Assembly (NCBI GenBank): GCA_965203295.1
Contig: CBDBCZ010000017.1
Coordinates: forward strand, 1,312,001-1,376,000
Direction: 5' to 3'
From: Nitrospirales bacterium
GTDB taxonomy: Bacteria > Nitrospirota > Nitrospiria > Nitrospirales > UBA8639
DNA length: 64,000 nucleotides
Position 1 is the stretch's first letter, and every line of letters begins with the position of its first letter. The notes beneath the pieces were generated by a model that worked only from the letters and a program-made list of their open reading frames with translations, had not been told where the DNA came from and did not search any database. The position numbers and the translations under genes were made by a program. This document shows positions 43,429 to 64,000 of this stretch, piece after piece.

Positions 43429-45020
43429 TTACTGCCTCTCTGCTGACGGCAGAAGTGGTTCGTACTGTTCAGGATGAACAACCCTGTCAGGGAAATTGTT
43501 TGTGTCATAATCAGTGTATAAAGAAATGATTTCCTCATTAATATTCTGTGCATTTCCGTACCTCTTTCCCTGCCTCTCAGCTGATTGTACAAGTGGCTCA
43601 TACAGTTCAGGATGAGCAACCCTGTCAGGGAAATCATCTCTGTCTCTGTGATCTTCATAATGATTGTCAACACAAGGTAAAGTAGCTCTTTGAGTTATAA
43701 CTTTCTGAAAGAATGAGGAGCAGCGATAGCGTAGTCCCAATCGAAGTACCACTTGATACGTGATGTATATATTATGATGTATAAGAGAGAGATGAAAGCC
43801 AGTCCATATGCAATGACAAAACGAGAGTGGGTGACATATGTTCCATACATAGTACCGAATTCTGCAAAGCAATACAATCCAAACGCAACTGAGTCCCAGA
43901 CATTTATCCAATTTTCTTTGTATGGCCGAAGAAGAGCGAATAACAAAGAGCCTGCACCAAGCAGTAGGATTCTGATCAGATAATGCTGACATATGGAAGT
44001 AAATATGAACTCACAATCACAATACGGAATATTAGGTAAATTCCGGCAGCAAAGATAATGCTGACATGGAAGTAAATATGAACTCACAATCACAATACGG
44101 AATATTAGGTAAATAGTACCTCCAGTCGGGTGTTCCCGCAGTCCCATCCTTGTAGTGTCCTTGGAAGGCATCTGTAAAAATGTGCAGTGCATGCCATCGA
44201 ACTCTGAAACAGTCTAGACATTTCTGAAAGATTCGGACTGGGTACAGCAACAGTAACAGTGGCATTACAATGAAAATGAAAACTGTAAATATAGCAAAAG
44301 CAGCAAAGGGGAGGTGCCCTGCACTGAAGTTTCGAATGGATGCATTATAATAAACTTGGTTCTCTACTCTGTTACTTGGAATAAACAATAATGTGGACAT
44401 ACGAAATGACGTACATGTTACAAACAAAATTTTTGAATAAGAAAGTAGTATAAATGAGGCAAATATGTGAACCAGAGATGCTGTTGGGTTCCAACTATTT
44501 GTTTTGCCAGCACACAAGTTGTGAAATGGTCTCCACAACCATATGAGTATCCTACAGCCTCTAGCATGAAGTTGGATGCAAGTGTACAAAAACACTGTAA
44601 GTAAAACGGGATAAAATGCTTCAATATATTTCAAAGACAAAGCTTGCAGCGTGGTTAGTTTAGTACTTATGCAAAATGGTGGAATGACATAGGCAAAGAA
44701 ATCCAGATTCACGACCCCAAGAAGAGTGTTACTGTAAGGTTGTGAAGGGGTTTTGAGGCCTGCATGAATGAGTATGGGTCCATTACGTTTACTACATTAA
44801 GTTAAGCAAAGTCTGAGTGACAAATATGAAGGCATTCAATGGTGCAGCAGTGATGCGGATATTGCAGAACATTAGAATGAGGCCTGAAAAGCAACGTTGT
44901 CGGGAAAGTTGCGAGGAAGATGTACAATAGCCACCCGTAGCCACTATCCAAGCACTTCGTACACTGAAGGGTGTAAGAGAACACAACAGGTCCCAGACCA
45001 TCGAACACTGTGCAGCCACT
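43429..45020 (-). pseudogene. Frameshifted, 5'-truncated third paralog of the membrane-protein family
   Basis: Homologous pieces lie in several frames (44802-45008, 44792-44880, 44032-44712, 43695-44192, 43429-43740). There is an internal ~60-bp duplication (43980-44040 / 44054-44112), and no signal-peptide-coding segment. Confidence 0.88.
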
Positions 45021-46570
45021 GTCAGGATGGTCTGGGATCGTTATTAAATTCGCTCACTCAGCTACGTCAAGCTGTTATCTATGACGTACCGAGAGAGCAA
45101 GCGACTATGTCATAGATAATGATTGTGGTCCGTTAACTATGACGTAACCGAGAGAGCGAGCGGGTACGTCATAGCATTGATCTATGGTCGTATATAGGTA
45201 ACAGATAACGCATGCCTTGCTTATCCTAGCTAGGTGCCCAGCCTCTATATATATAGTCTCGTGCCCATTCCTTGGTCTAGCTCGTGCCCAGGGAATGGGC
45301 ACGAGACTAGCCTGGACTTAATTGGGTGGGGCGAAGGGGATACACCTGGGACTTCCCCCTTGGGTCCGCATATACGCACCGTCACGGTGGATGCTCGCAT
45401 ACCCGTGAACTACAAAGTTTAACTGACTAGTAGTCCGATAAAACGATCTGGCATTACAGGCTAAGTACTAGTATTGGCGGGATTATCCCAGGGATTGACC
45501 CCCTACATGTAGCTAATTTAAACTATAAAAGATTGAATGCAGAGTGGAATTGTCTCATACTTTTATTTGCACAGACTAGCTATCGCGAGCAAACACTACC
45601 CTGACTCAGGATCGTTTTTAGTGATTGAAGTTGAACGCTATATAAATGGCTGGCAAGAATTCCGGTGAGCTTTTTGGCTTCTGCGACCGGCTGGACAAGT
45701 TTACTAATGATTAACAAACCGTTAGAGACAGTACGTTAGCATCATAGATAATATAGCCTAACCTGGCTATATTATCTATGGTTAGCGTGTAAGCTTACAT
45801 TTGTATAGGAAATTTACGCGCATGCGCACTCGTGAACTAGTAAATAGCTTGAAAATGAAGCACTGTAGCCAGCTCTAAACCCAACGGTTAGCCTCCTAGC
45901 CCCAAAACAAACCCTAACCCAACTAACCCTAACCTAACCCAAACCCTAGAAATAAGCGGATCCTAAACGCACTGTCTCTAACGGAAATTCAAGTTTATGG
46001 GTTGGGAAGGGGCCTACAAAGACGAGAGCTGAGCCAGAGGACTTATTCACGGGACGTGCATGGCACGCACTTGCACGCTTAATCCGAGAGAATTCGATCG
46101 AGCCGGTAAACAGTTCGACCGCACGACCATGCCGCCGAGCCCGCCAAGAAAATGACCCTCAGCATGACTGTATACATGGTAGTATATAGCTATCCATGTA
46201 TATATTGGGACTGGACATGTACATTTATGCATGCTATTCTTTTAACAGGCTTTTGCTGTATAATGTTATTAATGTAAATTCGTCAAAATCGCTGCGATCT
46301 GCCTGCATGGCGCAAGGTCTGAGCGCAAGTCTACAACAGAGATCAACTTTCATTATGTGGGAAGATTGGTGAAATTTGGAGATATCCCCGGGGTTTCCCC
46401 CTCATACAGCACCATCACGATAGATGTAGTACATGCGTATATAAGGTAAAGCGGGGCTATTCCCGACAAAATTATAACCCCGGGGGTAATTCCGGCACTG
46501 GAGTGTAGTTCCAGTTTCATAAAAGTTACAAAGCTAAAAACCGCTATGCATATAGCTGTCCTATTGACCT

Positions 46571-46603
46571 TAGCCTCGTGCCATTAGCCTGGGCACGAGG
46601 CTA
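46571..46603. mobile_element. 33-bp minimal TAG...CTA element with perfect 9-bp TSD
   Basis: TATTGACCT|TAGCCTCGTGCC..GGCACGAGGCTA|TATTGACCT. Confidence 0.8.
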
Positions 46604-47384
46604 TATTGACCTATACTGAATCAAAAAATCATCGCGTAACTCATGAACTGAACAGTATACGCTGGAGATATAGCTATATGCGTACGTAACTGGCAGATAG
46701 CGACTTCGCGCTGTTTGCCGCAGACCTGGCAACATTCGCGAGCAAACACTACCTTGATCAAAGATACTTAGTCACGGTCTTTACTGAAACGCTATAAATG
46801 GCCGCCAAGAAGCCCGGCGAACCTTTCGCGAACCCCGCGGCTATGTGATATGCGTGCCTGCAACGCCAGACTGGCTGCCAGTGGCTGGGCAGGTTTGTCG
46901 GCTGGAAAGAGGACACCGGGAGTCGAATGTGAGGATTTCCACACTTTGGCAGACGGGCGCGGGAATAGCGACGTTTACCCATTCCAACGAGCTTGCCAAC
47001 AGTTCAAATGCATGGATGACCGGCGGCCGCCGAGTCAACCAAAAAAAATCGCAACAGATTGGCAGAGAGACAGAGACCGCGCTACATGTAGCCTGGAGCC
47101 GGAGCCTGGGTTCAAGGCTAAAACCGCGCATGTATTATACAGTTATCTAACTTGTATGTCACCTGTACATTACAAATGATAGACGCGCAGCTATAAAGGC
47201 TAACGTGCTATCTCTGTCGGTCCAGACACGTGTTCAGGGTCACAGGTCAAAGTACAACCGGGAGCGCGGCTTCTAGTTCTGTAGCTGTACGTACGTACCT
47301 ATGACGTCATATAAATCGTTGGCTAGCTAGCTGAGCTGAGTAACTCTCAAGATTCAACTACTCACTACCTTTTAGACTATCACG

Positions 47385-49058
47385 ATGGGTGGCTGCTTCG
47401 CTCCTATGGCCCCCCCAAATGACCCTTCCATTCAATGCTTCTCGCCTGTCGCTCAGGCGTATGCGCAGAGGTCTGACTCGACAGTGAGTTATCAGTATGG
47501 TGACGGTGCTGTCTACATCAAAGACGGAATTTTGATTTACAGAGCGAGATGGATAGGCCAACTCAGCTTCTATTTGAAAGATGTGCAAAAGGTACCAAGG
47601 CTCTCGCACCCTAACAGCTACAGAAATGTACAGGGGTATACCATATTAAATAATAGAGCATACACTATTATCTATGGGTATTAATAACGATACCGTGCTC
47701 GAGCTATATCAGCTTGCTAGTGCTTAGCAAGCTACTAAGCTACTGGTTAATACAGCAAATAGCCCACGGTTTTGTTATGAGATAGTTACCCACACTTTAC
47801 AAGTTTTGCTACCTTGTGTTGATTTGCTAGTCCAACACTGCAAGAAACAAAGGGTTGTTTTAAACCAGCTAGGGCTTTCTCAGTTGCAGTCTACACAAGT
47901 GGATCACTATATACTTTTACTTCACTTTACCACTCTAGCTATTTTTCCAATAGAGAGTTTTCATTGACATCATTTTACGTCACGCGCATGTAGCAACTGT
48001 TGCCAGGGCGCCATTTTGGTGGGCAGGAAACGTACATAGCCATACGCATAAAGACCGGAAGTTACTCTCGTACTCGTAGTCTAGGTGGTAGATTCACTCG
48101 ATCTGTCCCGCCTGAAAACTGACTTACAGCGATAGTTGAGATACTGAACGCGTAAGTTCCCAGCGGCTCTTGATTCTGAGATCGCTGTATAACGTGCCAA
48201 TCTAGTCGCCCACGCATGGTGGGCAAGAACGGGCATAAACGGAACGTGACACAGACGCACGTGATCTGTGACGACACGTACATACGTGGAAACTCTCAAT
48301 TTCAGGAGGAAGGAAAGGCTCATTAGGACAAATAGTAATGTATATTTTGTATCAACCTGTTCTAATAGCCCCACCAAAGGAGCTGCATAATCTACCTCAG
48401 TTTCCTGAATAAAGTGATCATAATTATCATTGTAAATGTGCAACTGCATATTCTCTGGTACAGGGGCTGCAACTGACGTAGCCTTATATGGGATAAAACA
48501 ACCACTCTGTTTTGCAGTCCAATGTTCAAACTACTTTTTAAGTGCCATAAAGTGGTGATTCTCTTTAAGATAGCTGCGATTTGCTTAAGAATTAAACCAG
48601 CATGTTGACACTATACACCTACATGTTTGTTTATAAAGTGCTCACTGTGACCTGTTATGACTGATTCACTCCTTGAAGCCAAAGTCTCTAACCTGCTCTG
48701 AATACACTTCTTGAAATTGCCTAGCTCTGAAAGTACACCACATGGGACGCAAGAAGCAGCAGCTTCTGATTAGAATATGATCAAGAGGTGGTTACTAGAT
48801 TAATGATTAACTGCACTGAGGTTTATACCAGTATGATGAATCCATGCACAGGTGTCAGTGGAGAGGGCGTTCAGAGATAAATACACCTATATGCGACCAT
48901 GTTACTGCTGTCCTTGTGAAGGATGTCCGGATGGCATCGTTGACATTCGAGGAACTCTGGAGGGTGTGGACTTTCATATCGGACTTGCCATGCCAAACGC
49001 ACAGGAGTTTCTTGAACAGCTTCAGGCACGGATAGGAGAGAAAGACTTCGATTTTTAA
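47385..49058 (+). CDS. Small uncharacterised 137-aa protein, copy 1 (2 exons), putatively N-myristoylated, possibly PH-like fold
   Basis: Exons 47385-47591 (MGGCFAP...LKDVQK|gt) and 48852-49058 (ag|VSVERAF..CYCCPCEGCPDG..DFDF*), phase 0; conserved in copy 2. Confidence 0.8.
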
Positions 49059-49339
49059 TAACTGAAACTATATATACTGGTACACGTCACGGATGCATCG
49101 ATCATATACTGTATGCGTGGCCAATTGCAAGCCTCATGGCAAGCTGGTTTTTAATGTTTGTTTTTTTTTGTACATTGCTGGTCTTCCAAATTTCCAATTA
49201 TTGACACAGTTACCTAGTACTACTGTTTGCATAAAGATATAGTACCAGTGGCTATACATATTTTTGTAAATTTTCACTGCACTAAGTCAGACGTATAGGT
49301 ACATGTACGTACACGGCTACACGCAATGTTGAAGAACTA

Positions 49340-49790
49340 TTATCACGATTCACCATGCAGAAACTAGCATTGTATGTATAGATATTCATGTTCTTGATGT
49401 GTTTCAACTGCTGTGACCATGAGAAGTGCTTATATGTAGATCTTCTTGGCGTACTGTTCTTGGAAACCACAGAAGCAGATCTGCCCGAGTACTAGCATTG
49501 CTATACTAGCTGCTATACCACTAGCCGGGTTATACTGCTTGATTGACACTGGAGAGTGAACTTGTTGAAGGAAGCTTTAGACTAGCCTTGTTCCCAGGCT
49601 CTACTGACCAGCTTTTTTTCGCACGTATAGCTAGTAAAATAAGCAGTGCGAAAAAAAGCTGGTCAGTAGAGCCTGCATGGGAACAAGGCTAGCTTTAGCC
49701 TACTGCTGCGTGCATGGCGGTGGAGACACGGTGGACAAGCTTCTGTCTTCTGCCCCAAGCTTTTCCTCCTGGTTTTGACTGTGCCCGTTT
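49340..49790 (-). pseudogene. Decayed duplicate of the STK33 last exon / 3' end
   Basis: GGCGGTGGAGACACGGTGGA..CTTCTGCCCCAAGCT and TTGACACTGGAGAG(T/C)GA match 52635-52870; interrupted by a MITE. Confidence 0.8.
49583..49691. mobile_element. TAG...CTA hairpin MITE with 9-bp TSD
   Basis: TAGCCTTGTTCCCA..CTCTACTGACCAGC / GCTGGTCAGTAGAG..TGGGAACAAGGCTA; flanks GCTTTAGAC / GCTTTAGCC; paralogous empty site at ~52784-52792. Confidence 0.85.
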
Positions 49791-50404
49791 GTGATAATGA
49801 ATCTGTGTGTGTGTTTCATCAGGCCTAGGGCATCAGGAGAGTGTGATACTGGCAATTCTTGCCGTAGTATACACTGATTGAGTTGGGGGTACGCAGTTTC
49901 TCAAAGGGCACACTTTATGGGAACTATCAATATCGTCAATAATTATACGTATATTATCTCGAGTCAGTCAGGAACATGTCAGCTACATGTAGCTATACAC
50001 TATAGTCTACTGTCACATGGTAGATGCTCAACGAAGTCAGCTTTGGCCGTTGAAAGAACATGGTGTGCACACATGCTATGCACTTTTCCATATATCATCG
50101 TCGGATCGCATTCGCTAGCTATAGCGTATCGAATCCGGCCCGGATCGAATTTTTCGGGGGGATCGGATCCGGGAACTCGTCGGTACGTCCAGACGCGTGT
50201 TCACGGGTCGCAGGTCAAAGTACAACCGGGAGCGCGGCTTCCAAATTCTATAAACTACGGGGCCGGGGCCCGGGGGCACTATATTCCTATGACGTCAGCA
50301 TAAATGTATAATAAGTATAGTTGATACTGCACTGGAGTACTAGATTATAGATAGGCTAGCTCTCAAGACTCAACCGGCTGCTCACTAGCCTGTACACTAT
50401 CACG

Positions 50405-51704
50405 ATGGGTGGCTGCTTCGCTCCTATGGCCCCCCCAGATGACCCTTCCATTCAATGCTTCTCGCCTGTCGTTCAGGCGTATGCGCAGAGATCTAACTCG
50501 ATAGTGAGTTATCAGTATGGTGCCGGTGCTGTCTACATCAAAGACGGAATCTTGATTTACAGAGCGAGATGGATAGGCCAACTCAGCGTGTATTTGAAAG
50601 ACGTGCAAAAGGTACCAAGGCCCTCGCCCCCGAACAGCTACTGAAACAATGTACAGGGGTATGATACTAAATATCCTACCCTATTTTCTATGGGTATATA
50701 ATTATACTGGTAAATTAAATAACGATACTGTGCTCGAGCTATATAGCTTAAGCTTGCTAGCACTTTGCAAACTACTAAGCTAGGTTACTGGTAATACAGC
50801 GAACAGGTTTTGTTATGAGATAGTTAGGCCATTCCAAATTGAATTGTTGTTTCTCGGGCCACCCAGTCAAAAATTTAGGGTCGGTAGGTCGGCTTGAAAA
50901 AGAAAAAAATATATAAATATCTTTAAAATTAATTGCATGCCGAACGCAGGACATATAAAAACAACGGTAATCGCTCCAGCTTAACTATTAGCATTTTATT
51001 TACAACTGTGGAGCCCCACTTCACCGTCACACTTGGCCAAGCACAGTTGCTACCCGTACTGTGCCGTCCCCATGTTGAGCTCAAGTTAGTACCGTATATT
51101 ATTTTAATTGTTGCTTATTTATTCTAATTATGCAACAATTTCGAAATATTTGTGTTTTCAACTCTGCCGATCAAAATTGTGGGTCGGTCGGGCCCGAGAA
51201 ACAACAAATTAATTTGGAATGGCCTTACCCACACTTACAAGTGTTTTGCTACCTTGTGTTGATTTGCCAGTCCAAAGTGCTCACTGTGACCTGTTATGAC
51301 TGATTCACTCCTTGAAGCCAAAGTCTCTAACCTGCTATGAATACACTTCTTGAAATTACCTAGCTCTGAAAAGTACACCACATAGGAATGCAAGAAGCAG
51401 CAGCTTCTGATTGGAATATGATCAAGAGGTGCATGGTTATACTAGATTAATGATTAACTGCACTGGGTTTATACCGGTATGATGAATCCATGCACAGGTG
51501 TCAGTGGAGAGGGCATTCAGAGATAAGTACACCTATAAGCGACCATGTTACTGCTGTCCTTGTGCGTGGTGTCCAGATGGCATCGTTGACATTCGAGGAA
51601 CTCTGGAGGGTGTGGACTATCATATCGGACTTGCCATGCCAAATGCACAGGAGTTTCTTGAACAGCTTCAGGCACGGATAGGAGAAAAGAACTTCGATTT
51701 TTAA
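50405..51704 (+). CDS. Small uncharacterised 137-aa protein, copy 2 (2 exons)
   Basis: Exons 50405-50611 and 51498-51704; same splice sites and frame as copy 1, with about a dozen amino-acid differences. Confidence 0.8.
50827..51224. mobile_element. PIF/Harbinger-type MITE with TTA TSD
   Basis: TIRs GGCCATTCCAAATT..TTGTTGTTTCTCGGGCC / GGCCCGAGAAACAACAA..AATTTGGAATGGCC; TTA on both sides; the paralogous intron has the empty site GATAGTTACCCAC at ~47781. Confidence 0.9.
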
Positions 51705-52581
51705 TAACTGGAACTATACTGGCACACGTGATGTATCATATACTGTGTGCGTGGCTAATTGCAAGCCTCATGGCAATTGTTTTTTCTAATGTTTGTTTCT
51801 TGTCGTTGCTAGCTGGTCTTCCAAATTGACACAGTTACCTAGTGCTCTTTGCATAAAGACAAGTGCAATGTTTTTGTTATTACAAGTTTTCACTGTACTT
51901 AAAGAGACGTATAGAATTTTATACCTGTACATGGCATTATGATTTAGAGACTATAATAGCACTGCATGTACAGTACAGTGATCATGAACCTGTAACTATG
52001 TGTGTTTCAGCAGGCTTAGGGCATCAGAAGAGTGCATGTGATACAATTCTTGTTGTAGTACATTAAATGCAATATGACTGCAGGGGTGCAGTACACGGTT
52101 TCTCAAAGGACACACTTAGCTTTTGCCCTTAGTATAAAGCAAAATCCTCAGTGGGGGTACACAGTTATTTTTTAGGGCACAATTTAAATCATACGGGGAA
52201 ATCTGTGCTACAGGGATACATAATTTTACCCTTAAAATTCTCTGTGGGGGTGCAGGTTTTTTTTTTCCTTATTATAATAGGAATTTTGTATAATATGGGG
52301 TACAGTTTTCCCCCTTTATACAATACTAAACGCATGGCCACGCAAACTGCTTTATTTTATCTGTTGACTTTCAACATTGTTTGACATTACAAATTCCTCA
52401 TAATTTTTGACACAATTACAATGAATCCATAATACTCTTTGCATAAAGATAAGTGATCACTGGCTATTGTTTTTGTTATACTTAAGACAGACAGACAGAC
52501 ATATAGGATATGTACACACAAAGTCCGATCCGACAGAAGTACTATAACATTATACACGATTCAGAAACAAAGCATTGTGCA

Positions 52582-63437
<10,856 letters not shown>

Positions 63438-64000
63438 TGCCCTCGAAGAAAGCTAGCAGTCTTCATGCACACAGTACGCGGACCTCGTATGCACCGTGGT
63501 TAGGTAATGCACGGCAAATTTCTGCTCACTCCACTTCTCTCAGCAACGTTTTCCTCGTGTAAACAGAGCTGAAAGTGTCAGACGATTATCGGGTATCACT
63601 GGCTCTGCCCCCTTTTTCAACGGCATAAAAAAATGCTAAAAAATATTTCTGCCTACCCATGCAAAAATGAATCGGCTACGCCCACTTTTTACTTTTCCGT
63701 ATTTTCCCGTAAAGTTTCAAAAACCGATCGTAATTGGAAAGGTCATGGATACCTATATCGTACACTTCCGTGTAGCTAGTCAGCAAAAAGTTTATAGCTA
63801 GAGAGTAAAGAAAGTCGGGCTGGTTTACTATCTGCGCCATTACTTTAGAGAAAAAGCCGGACACCCTCCAAGAACTACACATCGGTGCAAAATGATGGTA
63901 CGTTGGGCTGCTCGGGGGTTGAACGGGCAAATTATCTGCTCGTCAAGTCTTTTACATCGTGCATGTGGTCAATTTGGTGTTTCGACAGCGTACGTTAACG

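Noticed and set aside
46758..47179. Cluster of overlapping GC-rich ORFs
   Set aside because: No motif or splice support; it lies among repeat fragments (segment shared with ~45580-45710).

Overview
Intron-rich animal genomic DNA with GT-AG introns, (CA)n microsatellites and TTAGGG repeats; a demosponge origin is plausible from the gene and repeat families, but that is inference. Contents left to right: (1) the last 7 exons of TSG101 (+). (2) A ~26 kb gene (5739-32136, +) that I could splice by hand through 24 phase-compatible exons into one ~2,800-aa ORF. Its domain order is CCCH-type zinc finger, Death domain, HELZ/HELZ2-like SF1B RNA helicase, coiled coil, CARD-like death fold, and a chymotrypsin-fold serine protease split by a 68-aa tandem repeat. 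This candidate single-chain RNA-sensor/protease is the most interesting object in the window. (3) A frameshifted SRPBCC-like gene. (4) A tandem cluster of intronless Cys-rich multi-pass membrane protein genes (two intact, one pseudogene, one remnant; - strand). (5) Two tandem copies of a small two-exon MGGC- protein gene. (6) A complete 9-exon STK33-like kinase (-). There are many non-autonomous DNA transposons, including TAG...CTA elements with 9-bp TSDs, a TTA-TSD element with a visible empty site, and TA-TSD elements. Foldback palindromes, minisatellites and an intronic telomeric array are also present. All exon models are manual predictions without transcript support.
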